The notes beneath the pieces are model-generated. The model saw nothing but the letters and a program-made list of their open reading frames with translations. It did not search any database and was not told the DNA's origin. From the human T2T-CHM13v2.0 reference genome, Homo sapiens, in the NCBI GenBank assembly GCA_009914755.4, contig CP068257.2, positions 23,712,001 through 23,776,000 of the forward strand: a DNA stretch of 64,000 nt, written 5' to 3'. Position 1 is the stretch's first letter; each line of letters starts with the position of its first letter. Below, in pieces: positions 27,121 through 41,794 of the stretch. Made by a program: the position numbers and the translations under genes.

Positions 27121-29883
27121 AAAAAAAGATCCTGAGACAAAGTCTTAGGTGGAGCACTCTATTTGGGAAGTGATTATCCTAGAGAGCAGGAATGAAAGAA
27201 AGTAGAACAAGGTACGAGAAAAATTCAATATGAGAATGATTTTTCAAATTGGTGATTGGTTTTTGATCTCCTGGAATCTTTGAAGGACTCTTATGGAATA
27301 TATGTCAAAACTATCTGCCTGGGGAAAGAGAGAAGAAGCCATTTATCAATTGGTTTTTATCCTTCACAGGGCATTATCTCCTCCAGTGCTCAGATTGCAC
27401 ACTCATGAGAGGTGAGCAAGCTTCCAAGAACATCCAATGCCGATGCTCCAGAAAAGCCTTTAACAAAAGTCAGAGGTCCATGGTAAGGTACCAGGTGAAA
27501 ACTCCATCAGATGATATCTGTACAGAGCTAGTCAAATCCTGCATAGACCTGGTTGTCACAGAAGTATATGGAATAAAAGGTGGTACTGTGTCCAATACAG
27601 TCCTCCTCTAGTATTACACAGTCTGTGGCATGCCTTCTCTCTTGCTCTTTTTTTAATATCTTAGCATTTAATATCTGCAAAAAAAGTGAATTATTTGATA
27701 AACACCCTAAAACATGTTAATCATATTTAGATTTAAAAATGTGGCATCAGTGTGAAATAGTGCATTCAGCCCTCTGTATGAGGAGACAAACAGTGATGCC
27801 TGCCCAAGAATGCAGAGAGCAGAGACACAGCTGCACTGTCTCAGCACGCTCCGCAACCTTCAGGAAGAAAGATTCCAATCACAGCATATTATTTAAAAGT
27901 ATTCTAACATAATATTTAGACATATCACATGCAAGCTTTTTCCCCCTTTAAACTATTCTCTAAATTTGGCCAAACAAAGTATTTGACACAAAAATCCTGG
28001 CAAAGTGCAGGGGTCCCTGCAGGACTGTGTGGCAAACCCTCTGACATTCTTTTGCCTTGGCAGATAAGTCAAAACAAGGACAATCTAAAAAGAGGCCATT
28101 CCCTCCCCCAATTAGCAATTCAAGGGTTAGAACTGAAATAGTGCAAAGGAAACAGACACGTACATACTCAAACACGCCCTACCCCGGCAACTCTCATAGC
28201 TGACAATGGCTGGATTTCATAACAAGCAATGATTTAATGATAACTTTGCTATTTTTTAAAAAATCAAGTAGAATACTCAAGCACGGATATTTCCCTTCAA
28301 TATAAGACAAAAAGCAGCAGTCTGGCATGGCTTCTCTTAAGTCCCAAGTGTTACAGAGGCCTCTTCAATCTCCAACCAACCCCGGTGTCTACAGGGGCAT
28401 AGTATAAAGGATTGATGGGCCAGTCCCTGATGCTGTCATCAACCTGAGGCCATAACTAATATCCACCATCAATCTTCTTCATCATCTATTTTCAGTTTGC
28501 CTTGACCAGTATTTTGGCAGCTCGAGGCTTTTCTGGTTGGATAACCCAGACCTTCATCCTTGAGAAACCTTAGTTTTTATTTGTCTCATCTTGGTTGGGC
28601 CAAGGTTGCTCAATTTCTCATTTATAGTTGTCAATGAACATGGAGGCATCCAAAGATAACCCAGTGAATTTCCAAATTCCAGAGCTACTCCTACCAGATA
28701 CCATGATGCAACATCAGTCCTCATGCAATAATCAGACTCAATTATCCTACCAATATAGAACACCCCCTTTTTGCCTACTGATCCTCTGATTTGGGGATTC
28801 AAGAGTGACCAGGGGTAGAGTAGCTTCATTCACTGGAACTCTTACTGTGTCCTCCCATAGGTGTGTTATACCCGTGAGAAACCAGACATTTTATTCTGGA
28901 AGATCCTAAGGCTGTGAAGATGAATATTCTCCCAAAGTGTATCACTGGAAGTGATAGTGAAAAAGGCCAATCCCACTTCCATCCCTTGGTTCCCAGACCC
29001 CAGTTTTCTAGCCATGAGCAAAACAAAAGCAGCATATATTGGCCATTTTTCTCTGAAATCAGAACCTAAGACAAAAGCTCATATTCCATGCCCAAAATGT
29101 TTTCATCAACACAAACTGAAACTGTACCCGTTAAACCATAACTCTCATTACCCCTCTCCGAAGCCCTTCGTAGACTATTCTACTTCCTAGCTCTGTGAAT
29201 TTGACTTCTAGGTGCTTCATAGAAGTATAATCACACATTTTTTTCTGACTTCTATTCAACATAATATTAGAAGTTCTAAAAAAGGAAATAAAATTGGAAA
29301 TGAAGAATTAAATTTATCTCTGTTCACAGATGATAGGATTATATATTTAGAAAACCCTGAAAAATCCACACAAAAAACTGTTGAGTAGTGATAATTACAT
29401 AATAATGTGAGTGTACTTAATGCCACTGAATTGTACACTTAAAAATGGTTAGAATAGTAGATTTTACATGATGTCTATTTTACCACTACTTAAAAAGAAA
29501 ACCAAACTGGTTTTGGTTTTTCTTAAGAATTGAGAAAAATGCCAGCCCAGTAGTCATTAGCCAGCGTCAGAGGTTGTATGTAAAGAGCACACGTGGCCTA
29601 GCAGCTCTGTTTGAGGATGTAACACCTGATAAACTAATGGCTACGTGAGTGCAGGCAAGGGACGGAACGTTTTAACTCCAAGAGTCAGGAAATCCATCAT
29701 GAAGGTATCATATGCTTGAGACCTTGAGGACAGAAGGGATTTCCACAGTGGAAGGAGATTACTCCAGGCTTTCCAACTGCAGATGCAAAGACATTGTCTC
29801 TTCCACCTTGAGAATACTGAAATCTTCTTTATTTGATTATCTTTTGGACCTACTCTGAATAGCTGCTAAGGTAATTTTCATTC

Positions 29884-30173
29884 TTTTTTTTTTTTTTTTT
29901 TTTTTTGAGACAGAGTCTCGCTCTGTCGCCCAGGCTGGAGTGCAGTCACTGCAACATAAGCCTCCCGGATTCACACCATTCTCCTGCCTCAGTCTCCTGA
30001 GTAGCTGGGACTACAGGCACCCGCCACCATGCCCGGCTGATTCTTTGTATTTTTTAGTAGAGACGGGGTTTCACCGTGTTAGCCAGGATGGTCTCGATCT
30101 TCTGACCTCGTGATCCCCCCGCCTTGGCCTCCCAAAGGGCTGGGATTACAGGCGTGAGCCATCGCGCCCGGCT
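29884..30173 (-). mobile_element. AluY-like SINE, full length, with perfect 16-bp target-site duplication
   Basis: T-run at 29884-29906, then 'gagacagagtctcgctctgtcgcccaggctggagtgcagt...ggattacaggcgtgagccatcgcgcccggc'. Direct repeats 'ggtaattttcattctt' at 29870-29885 and 30174-30189. Confidence 0.94.
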
Positions 30174-32439
30174 GGTAATTTTCATTCTTATAATTGCTGA
30201 CTAGTTGAGAAGAAGAGGTCCCAAACTACAGAGAAGAAAGGAAGAAAGATGTGTCCAGTGAAATCCAGGGTCCCCCCGCTCCCATTCAAGGCCATCTGAA
30301 AGTATCTCCCCCTGCTTTTCAAGTTCATCGAATATGTTTAAGAAACCTGGAATTTCCAAGTCCATCAGCCTATTGAAACAAAACAGCTATAACTATAAAA
30401 TTTAGATCCTTTTAAGATTTTCAATCCTTAGAATTAAAGATATTTATTACAAAATATAGTTGTATTAAATCATATATGTCAAAATATTACAAACGTGTAT
30501 TTCATATTAGATAACTATCAACAACACAAAATTTCCTATCATTTTTCCTAGTGCTCCATTTTTTCAGACCTTTTCTTAATCTATTTTCTTGTCTGAGACC
30601 AAATACAAATGAATCAAAAGCCATTTCAGTGTTACATATTGGGTTTCCACGCATCCCTGTAGCATCTTTATCAGTAGCCTTGCGCAGAGTACACACTTTT
30701 GTACCTCCTTCTTATTAGCAACTTCATTTTTTCATAGTACAGAAAAGAATTCATATAACCCCATCAGGTTCCTTACATGGACCCAAGTTAAAACGCATCA
30801 TCTCAATGTCAGTCTCTTGGCTGTCTGCAGGGTAATATGGTGAATTGCTGCCTGTGCTGTAATTTTGTCAGCTCTTTAGTAAATTACAGTCAAGGATAAA
30901 GAGGACAGAGCTGCCTACTGACAAACAACATTCTTTATTCTCCTTTTTCTACAATGTACTGAATAATACCTTAGAGCGTAAGTCATCATATACCCTATAT
31001 AACAAATGTATAATTACAACACATGAAGCCCAAAAAATGAGCTTCAAAGAATATCACGTTTTTTTTTAAACAGGAAGTGGAAAGATGTTTCAGAAGAGTG
31101 AGCACAGGTTTTAGACTCTGAAATCTTTTAGCAGCATGATGCTTTTGAACATCTGATCTAGGTTTTGATTCTGCTAGCTACATGTATATTTTAGCCTTTG
31201 GTCTTGCATTAAAACACCAGTTGCAAATAATGTTAGAAAAATGGGGAATAGAGGAAGGAATATTTTTATTTACTTTATTTTTAAAATTCTGCATATATAA
31301 AGAACGTTGCTTGTGGCATCCCTGACTCTTTGCAACAACCTTATAAAGTCGTCATTATTAGCCTCATGTTACAGCAGAAGCTGTGAGTTGCTGCCAAAGT
31401 TGCTTACTATCAACCTCTGAAGAGATGAAACAGAGAGTCATACAAGATCTGTTTAAATCCAACAGCCTTTGACACTTTAAACTTCAGAACACATTGGATT
31501 TACACGTGTAAAATTGCCTTAGAGTTTGTAATTTCATGAAAGCAAAAATTCAACTTTTCCTTAAGAACAAATTTAGCATGTATGCCTTGAAACTGGCTTA
31601 TTAAATAATATGAAAATGTTCATTGTGGCTATTTGGCCTCCTAATGCTTAGTTTTATTTAGCAAACATCAAAACAAAATATGTATTAATCCAAAGCAAAT
31701 ATATTTTATTTAATTGGATTATTAATAGTTCACTAACATCATACTGTAGGTATTTTTCTTTTCTATAAATGTTTTATATTCCAGTCTATTCAAAACCTTA
31801 CGAACCAAATCCTTTAAAGGACGTAAGTCACACATATTTTCAAACCAACAAAATAGTAAAATTCAGGGAACATTAGATGGAATAGGGAAGATGAAATAAA
31901 GAAGCAACTAAGAGATTTACAAGAATGGAGTTCTTCTGCCACCTTGTGGTTGTTCTGTGTTATAACCTAGAGCTACATTAAAATATTCAGGGAATTCTTC
32001 AGCCAGAGTCTCTTTAGCCAGGTGTGGCGCGTGGCTGAGCTCTGGTCAATGGAATGTGGCCTTGGTCTTTATTGACTGTGGTTATCGTGTTTCCATTTTT
32101 TTCTTCCTGAATATCATAGCTAATTTTGGTATTGGCGACGACCGCTTTCTTAAACTTTCTCTTCTGCTGGGTTTAGATTTTTCTCTCCTTGTTTTTCTCC
32201 TATGAAACAAATAAGCATTACTAGATTTCATCAAAGATCATCACTTCATCACATCAAAGATTTCACTTCACTCTAGCCAAACTGGCCTCCCTGATTCTCC
32301 TGCAACACCTCACACATGGTCCCCTTAGGGTCTTCTACAACTTAACATCCCTGGCTGCAACACTTTCCTCTGATACCATATGGGACCTACTCCACCTCTT
32401 TCAAGTCTTTGTTCAAATGTTTGTTTTTCAATGACCACC

Positions 32440-32700
32440 ATATTTAGAAATGCAACTTCTGCTAACAAACTCCTTATTATTTTTATCTTACTTTATTTTT
32501 TACTGCAGTTATTCTAACATACTACATAATTTTAATACTTACTGTGTTTATTGTCTTTTTTACCATAGAATATAAAATCCATGAGGGCAAGGGAGTTTGT
32601 TTACTTCACTGCTGTGTGCTCTGAAACAAACAAACAAAAAAAACTGCCTGGCACATTGTAGGCGCTCAAAAAATATTTGTCCAATTACCGAATGAAAGAA
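32440..32700 (+). repeat. ancient interspersed-repeat fragment (MLT1/MER-like terminal motif); family not determined
   Basis: '...tataaaatccatgagggcaagggagtttgtttacttcactgctgtgtgctc...aactgcctggcacattgtaggcgctcaaaaaatatttgtccaattaccgaatgaaag' resembles the common terminal motif '..ccatgagggcagggactgtgtc...gcctggcacatagtaggcgctcaataaatatttgttgaatgaatga'. Confidence 0.35.
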
Positions 32701-34957
32701 TTATAACTCCTTCTGTTGGCTAAAGCAACCTACGGGACAGTGTTTAGCCTCACAAGTATTCAGACACACAAATTAACACAAAGTATCATTTTTTTCTACA
32801 ATATTAATTAGTCAATTTATGTGACCTTTAAATATAATTTCTAAAGCAAGCGAGAATTCAGTGGATTACATACCCACATGTTTTTGTTAAATTATTTGTA
32901 GTTATTTTTAAGTCAGTTTGCATAGTCATTAAAATTTTATAACCTTTGACCCAGTAATCCCAATTTAGGACATGTATTGCAATGAAAAAAATCCAAAACA
33001 AAGAAACATGTAGGTTCCATGTGGCCATTTACTGCAGTATTGTTAATAATGATAATAAGCTGAAAGAAACTACATGTTTAATAATAAAAATAATAAATTA
33101 AATTAGGTTAACTCTATGCAGTGAACTATTTTGCAACCATTATAATCATAAGGACTGTCCTAGAACCTGAAAAATCATTTATGGAACATGCTATATTACA
33201 GTGAAATTTTAAACTATGTAATTACACAGTTTTTACATGTATATAGGAAAAGATTACAAGGAATGTGCAAAACTTAGAATTCTTACACATGGGCAATAAA
33301 TTAAATCTTACTGTTGCCTTCATTTCCCAAATGTTCCAATTTATCACCAGAGTTTTTGCAACTCTTTAGTATTTGAAAGGAAAAATAATTGTCTTATTCT
33401 CAAGTGCTTAACCTTCACCTGAAGTGAATTTGTTCTAAGTTCCAAAAAGCGATTATTACTTGCTTTCATTGTATTCATCAAGAACAATTTACATCTCTGT
33501 GGAAATAGCTTTAGTTAGAGTCATTAGTTAGATTTAGTTAAAGTCTTTAGTTAGATTTACTTACATGAAATGAGACATTTATCCAATAAATTCAGGCTGA
33601 ATTTAACATTAATTCAAGAATTAAAGTGCTCTTCGTTTTTAAATGTGTCTGTTCCACCTAACTACCTGCATGGGTTTAGCTTATAATTGGTTCTATGGAT
33701 ATGACTAGGTCCATCATCCTGTCACATTTGAATAAATAGGACTGTCTATAACCGTCTCTGTTTTACACACATCTGTGCCCATCAGTTCATAGCACATTCC
33801 CCAAAAATTAATGGGAAACAGCCAGGAGAACAGGGGGTTAGACAAAGGAACTCAAGGCTTGAAGTGACCTCCTCAAAAACTGGCTTCCCCCGCCCTTGAT
33901 AGCTGAACTGACCTTCAGCCCTAACCAGATCTTGTTTCCTATCATCTTGCTTCATCTCTCCTTCCCTACCAGCTCTCACTCAGGCCAGCCTTTAGCTTAT
34001 GTCTGATGTGGCCTGACTTACTGTTGAGACAGGTTTTTTTCCCAGGTGCCTTGCTTAGCAAAGATTTTGGTTGTGTGGATTTTGCTGTGTTTGGATTTTG
34101 GCTATGCCCTAGTCCTACTGTTGTAGGATTTTCTCCTTAGTTCACCTAAAAGCCAGGTCCTTGTCACACAGCCATGAAATATTAGGCTCACAGACACTTT
34201 AAAGGGTGAGAAAAATGGAATTTATGGGGCAAAAAGGAAAAAATGGGAAACGGACTCAGCAGAGAGAGAGTCCTGCTATACATGCTTCCCTCCTCACAGA
34301 TTGAATCCCGGTTTCCACCCGGGAAGAGGAGGGGTCAGCCTCCTCCCCACTGCAAACGGTGCAAACTTCTGTGGCTCCACCCCAGTGCTCACTCTTCCCA
34401 GTGTGCAGGCTGCCTGAAGCTTCTCTGTGGACCCCTTTCCACTTGGCTGTCTCACTACCCTTACTGATCACTATGAGAGGTAGCGCCCTCCCTTGCATTG
34501 TCTCCCGTGTGCGTAACTCTCTGCCACCTGCCACTCCCAAACTGACAGTGTAGGGATTAACTTTTTGGGTCATACTATTAACTCCTCAGTGTGAAATGAA
34601 GTCAGACCAACCATTCATTGATTCTCTTCCTTGTAAAGCTAAAGATTCACACGATAAAAACAAACAAAAACAAAAGACAAAGAACCTAAACTCTCTGTAT
34701 GGGCCCTCTAAAGACCCTCCCTAGTGGGAACATTTCACTCCTCACCCCACTGTCAGGTTTGCCGCATGGCTTACTTTGGATTAAAAAAGGTGAGCAAACT
34801 TTATATTCTACATCCAACAGAAGCTTTCGGAGCCATCACATCACCCTTCCATTGCTTTGTATTCCCTCTGCCAAAGACTAACAATATCCTAAATAAGGGC
34901 TGCTTCTTCCACTGAAGTCCAGAAATGAATCAGAGCAACTGTCCTGCAATGAAATTT

Positions 34958-35028
34958 AAAAAGAAAACAAAAAACAAAAAAAAACAGAAAACCAAAACCA
35001 AAACCAAACCAAACAAACAAAAAAACTG
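34958..35028. repeat. A-rich simple repeat ((CAAAA)n/(CCAAAA)n-like)
   Basis: 'aaaaagaaaacaaaaaacaaaaaaaaacagaaaaccaaaaccaaaaccaaaccaaacaaacaaaaaaac'. Confidence 0.7.
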
Positions 35029-35537
35029 TGTTATTATAGATTACTAAAATTTTTGGAGTCATATGTTACCACACATAACTCAGCCAACACTGCCTAATAA
35101 ATCATATTTCTCCCTAACAACACTTAAGGAGACAGCATGTTATAGTGGGCTCACTGGCTACCTGTGTAACCTTGGACAAGTTACCTAATCTCACTGCACC
35201 ATCTGTAGCATTGAGATAATACCTACTTCGTCAGGCTGTTGTAATACATAAATGAGTATATAATAAATGCTTAATAAATGTTAGCTGCTGCATATTACAG
35301 TTATTCTTCAACAGCATTGATTTTATCCTAATCCTGTGTATTCAGTATCCAGCAGAGTGTCCAAATCCTATAGTACTCCATCTAGGTAAATTTTCCAAAT
35401 GTCTTTAATTGACTATTTCCTTTTGGTTAGTCTCCTCATATGGCCCCTTTCATCGGCTTCCTTTTGCCATCAGTTTTTTCTCTTTTCCCTTTAAACTAGC
35501 AAAGACTTTATAACATATATTTAAACAGGATCCAAAT

Positions 35538-35903
35538 ACCTTTGATATGGTTTGGCTGTGTCCCCATCCAAATCTTATCTTGAATTGTAACTTCCATAAT
35601 CCCCACATGCCAAGGGAGGGACCCAGTGGGAGGTAATTTAATCATGGTCGTGGATTTTTCCCGTGCTGTTCTCCTGATAGTGAATACATCTCACGAGATC
35701 CGATGGTTTTATAAAAGGCAGTTCCCCTGCACACGCTCTGTTGCCTGCCACCATGTAAGATGTGCCTTTGCTCCTCCTTCGCTTTCCGCCATGATCGTGA
35801 GGCATTACAGTTCCACAGCCATGTGGAATTGTGAGTCCATTAAACCTCTTTTTTTAAGAAAATTACCCAGTCTCAGGTATTTCTTCATAGCAGTATGAAA
35901 ATG
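35538..35903 (+). mobile_element. solo ERVL-MaLR LTR of THE1/MSTA type (~365 bp) with 5-bp target-site duplication
   Basis: 'tgatatggtttggctgtgtccccatccaaatcttatcttgaattgtaacttccataatccccacatgccaagggagggacccagtgggaggtaatttaatcatggtcgtgg...gtgaatacatctcacgagatccgatggttttataaaaggcagttcccctgcacacgctctgttgcctgccaccatgtaagatgtgcctttgctcctccttcgctttccgccatgatcgtgaggc...ccagccatgtggaattgtgagtccattaaacctc...cccagtctcaggtatttcttcatagcagtatgaaaatggactaacaca'. The element runs TG...CA. Flanked by 'acctt' at 35533-35537 and 35904-35908. Confidence 0.85.
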
Positions 35904-38009
35904 GACTAACACAACCTTCAGAATATTCAGCTCATCTTCACTTAATTCTCTGAATTTTGTACTTTCATATATTTCAACCTGTTCTTTGCCTTAAACCAAA
36001 CTCCAAATAAATAATTTTATGTACCAAAATTTCTGCTCAAAGAACATTCTAGGACATAGTATGCTCAATTTGTAAATACTTAGAAATACCTTAAAAGGTC
36101 ACAAGTTATGGTGGCAGAGTCTCAAGGAAAACCCTTTTTAGAAACCATTCTTTTCTACTTTCATGTTCTTAAGGGTGGGGAATAATCTTCTTTTCTGTTT
36201 TCTCTACATGAGACAATTATACAAAAAGACAACCTTTGTTTCTTAGAAATCCTATAACTTTTGTGTCTTTAGTTTCTTTATAGCCTTCTATTTTTCCCAC
36301 ACAAAACAACTTTAATCATCTGTGACACTGATTTTTATGGCAACCCATTTTCCTGGATTCTATAAACAGAGACACAGGCTTTAAATTACCAAAATCACAC
36401 TGTTCAAAAACACCTCATTTTTCAAGGCAAGAAAATAAAATAAAAAGTTCTTTCTCAAAGTCAAAACAATTCTTTTCTGCTCAGCTTTCTAGATGCCTAA
36501 GGGCTTTTTGGTTGTTATTATTCCCTGACTTTCTAGCTATCCACCTGACCTTCAGCTTCTCTGTCAATCCAATTGGTTCATTATTTCCTTGCCAAAATCA
36601 TCTTCTTAAAATTTAAATTTGATCATTTTACTTTCTGGGAAAAAAACCTCCATATGCTCTCCAATAGCAATAGAACAAAGGCCAAATTACTTTGCATAAT
36701 CCTAATCACTATCCATTTCTTTCCTAATGCCCCTTCTTCACCACATTCCTGTGATGTCATCTACTTCCCCTTCTCTGGCCTTATCCCACAGCTCCTTTCC
36801 AGTCTCCTCCTCTTCATTCTAGACCTATGAATGTAGACATGCTCCACAAGTACATTTTCAACCTTCTGCTTTTCTCTCTGGATATCCTCTTCCCAGAGAG
36901 CTCAAATGTTCCCAAGTTGTCCCTGATAATACCTCCAAACACCACCTTGAGCAGTGCTACCCAACAGAAATACGTCAGCTGCAAACAAAAACTACACATT
37001 TTTAAATTTTCCAGTAGCCACATTTAAAAAGTAAGGAGAAGCTGATGAACTTATTTTAATCATATATTTTATTTAACTGAATATATTCAAAATATTATGA
37101 TTTCAACATGTAGCTAATATTCTTAAATTGACATATTTTACATTTTTTAACTGTCTTGGAAATGGATGTACATTACACTTACAGTATATCCCAGTTAGGA
37201 TTAGCCACATTTTGTTAGCCACAGTCTTCAATGGCCACATGTGCCCAATGGCTACCATATTCAACAGTGCAGATCTAATGCTCTAAACACTTTCTCAAAG
37301 TATGCCTTTGGTAACCCACTCAACATCTACCCAAGAATGCCCTCCCAGCACTTCAACCTCCAGGTCTAAAACAAAATACATTTCCCTCCTACATTTCCTA
37401 GTGCCTCACAAAAGCACCAGCTCCCCTTCCTGACTTCCTTGTAGCTACCAGTAGGCCCAAAAATATACCGATATTTGGGTTCTATAACTATTGAAATATT
37501 GAGGAAGCAGAAGGAATCTTTCAGGTCATCCTATCCAACCTCTAGGATTTTCCTCTACAGAGTGGTTTCTAACATATGGCTAAAGCTTCTGTGAGCCTCC
37601 TGATATTGTAGGCAAAATGTCCATACCTGGATTTTTCTGGCAAAAATGTATCTTTAGCTTTAAACAAGAGTTTAAACACCATGACCCAGGCTCAGCTCTG
37701 CCTCTTCTCTCTTCTGTAACGGCCACACCCAATTTATTACCAAATCCTGATCACTCAACTTTCCTGATCTCTCTAATGCAAACCTACTTCTCCCTTCCCA
37801 CTGCCACTGACTTAGAATTATGTGCATATTTCTTGGAGTGCTTTAGCTACGAGAGCAAGAGACTCTGCCAGGGATCAACAGGGCCAGTCTGCTATTAGCA
37901 AAAGAGCAGCTATAGCATAATCACACATGAATACCCATAATAGATTCAGCTAGGCCGAAAAGATTAGAAAACAGAATCAAAACCAGGGCAGCAGGAAGAT
38001 GAACTCTGA

Positions 38010-38777
<768 letters not shown>

Positions 38778-38944
38778 TAAAACAAATTTATTCAAAAGAA
38801 ATACACTTATTTGAATCTGGGCTAAATATGATAGATGAAATGGTAATTTAGAATGTCCAAGCTCTTCTCAATAATGTAAGAAATCTCTCTTATAGCACAC
38901 ATTAATATTATGACTTAAAGGTCCTTTTCAAAAAACTAAACAAC

Positions 38945-39180
38945 AAAATAAAAAAGGAAGAAATTGAGGGGAAAAGGAAGGGAAGGAGAGGAAAAAGGCA
39001 GAAGAGAAGATGGGAGGGAGAGAAGGTAGGAGGACAGAAGGGAAATAAGAAGCAAGAAGAGAAAGGAAGGAGAGAGGGATAAAATGAGGTTAAAAAAAGG
39101 AGAGAAGAAAAGTAAGAAAGAAGAAAGGGAGGAAGGAGAGAAGGAAGGAAAGAAAGAGGTAGAGAGAAAAAGGAGGGAAA
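38945..39180. repeat. polypurine (GA-rich) low-complexity tract (~235 bp)
   Basis: 'aaggaagaaattgaggggaaaaggaagggaaggagaggaaaaaggcagaagagaagatgggagggagagaaggtaggaggacagaagggaaataagaagcaagaagagaaaggaaggagagaggg...ggaaggaaagaaagaggtagagagaaaaaggagggaaaaac'. Minus-strand ORFs 38908..39192 and 38936..39187 are translations of this tract. Confidence 0.85.
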
Positions 39181-40036
39181 AACACATCTCAAATCACGTT
39201 AATATAGTAGATGCAATGCTTTATTAATCGTGTAGAAAATTAGATCAATTAATCATTACTTTTCCAAGTGTAATTAAAATATTAAATTATTTTGCTTGCA
39301 TTAATCATGGTTAGTGAAAAGCTACTAACACCACTTTTTCTGTAAATTTTTGTTAATAAATCTAGGGAAAATGCAGTTATTTGGAAAAATTAAACAAAAG
39401 CTTTTAAGCTGAAGGATTATAATTTGAAATTCTTTGCACCTGTGATTCTTCCAAAACAGCTGGAAGATGGGATCTTTGTTGCCCTCATCTTATTCTGTGT
39501 GTGCTGTATGATGCAATGATGAGGTTCTCTAGATTCTGAAGTCAAATCTGGACTCCAGAGGGGAATCTGGAATTTTCAACGTTTGCTAATAGATAACATA
39601 AATACAACTCACTCATTCAGTCTTATTGCTTAGCAACAGCAGAAAATGCATCTGGTATGTGCCTTGCCCTTAGTAGTTCAATACTCATATGTGAAAAATT
39701 ATTATTTTTTGTGTTTTGGAATATTGCTAATGAACTACAGATAAGGCAGAGAGTGTAATGAAAACAAAAATAAAATGGAAATATATAAATAAAAAAACAC
39801 AAATTACCATTTCTTTCTGTAAATCTTTGTACATTTGGGGGAAATCTATATTTGCAGGAATTTGGAGGAAAAATCAACATGAAACAAAGGTTTTTCAGGT
39901 GTTCATTAGAGTGTGACAGGTAGGGCTCTCTGGAAGAAACAGGGAGGTGGGGTTTGAGGTCACAGCCTATGAAGGGAAGGGAGGGGAAGCAGGATTATGC
40001 AGAAGCCACTCTGGGATGCAGGTTCCTCCAAGATGA

Positions 40037-40338
<302 letters not shown>

Positions 40339-40383
40339 GGGACATTGTTTTTAAAAAGTTAAAGGATACAAAATTAAAAAGCT

Positions 40384-40645
40384 AGATAGGAGGAATAGGT
40401 TCTAGTGCTCTACACTACTGTAGGATGATTATATTGAATAATAATTAACAGTAGAGTTTCAAATAACTAAAAGAAGGATATTGAATGTTCCCAATATGAA
40501 GCAATGATAAATGCTTGATGACAGATATGCTAATTACCCTGATCTAAGCACCATATATTATATGTATCAAAATATCAATATGTACCCCACAAACATGTAC
40601 AGTTATTGTGTGTCGATGTTAAAAAGAAAAAAGAAAAATAGTTTG
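40384..40645 (+). mobile_element. old LINE-1 (L1M-type) 3'-end fragment
   Basis: 'ataggaggaataggttctagtgctctacactactgtaggatgattatattgaataataattaacagtagagtttcaaataactaaaag...ccaatatgaagcaatgataaatgcttgatgacagatatgctaattaccctgatctaagcaccatatattatatgtatcaaaatatcaatatgtaccccacaaacatgtacagttattgtgtgtcgatgttaaaaag', i.e. the typical L1M 3' terminus. Confidence 0.6.
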
Positions 40646-41460
40646 GATGGATCCTCAAAATGTTCTATCTCATTCAGCTTCCATAAGTGACATTTATTAA
40701 AAGTTTTTGATTAAAAAGGAAACTTTTTATGAATTATGATTGTGACAAAGATTCTGTGCTTGACCAAACTTTGGTCCAGCTTGTGAATGTTCTCCGAGGC
40801 CTATCTGTGCACTTTCTTATAAAACACGGTTTTAGAAGAACCCTGCTAACTTTAGCAAGAACCCTCCATCCTTGATATCTGATCAGGTTCCTAACCCTCC
40901 ACCATCCCCCAGATGATATCTGATCATCCTGGTCTATCCTCAGCAAGAATCTAATTAGTTCAGTTTGGCCAGAATCCTGCTTACTCCTGGTGTTATTTCT
41001 TAGCAATTTTTCATGCATGACTCCCGCCTTGCACCTTGGCTATAAATTCCCTCTTGCCAATACTGTATTTGGAATTAAGCCCAATCTTTCTCCCCACGGA
41101 AAAATCCCGCTGCAATGGTCCCCATATTATAATGGTCCTGGATAAACTGCCTGTTTATTTGAAGTATGGTAGTACTTTAAAGTGTCATTGAGTTTTTTTT
41201 CTTTAACCATTATTAGGGAAATACACCAAAATGTTAACATTGGTTGTATTTTTTCTGCTTCTATGTACTTGTCTTCATTTACCTGTTATCAAGAGTAAGC
41301 ATGTATAACTCTTAAGGAAGTTATAATTATACAATAAAACCCAACACCAAAAGGGGTGAGACAAGTGTTTATGGGGCAAAGAGTGTGAAATGAGAAAGTT
41401 TGGATCTAAAAAATTAAAAATTAACAATGGTTTATTTTGATTGACTGGAATTATAAATAA

Positions 41461-41794
<334 letters not shown>

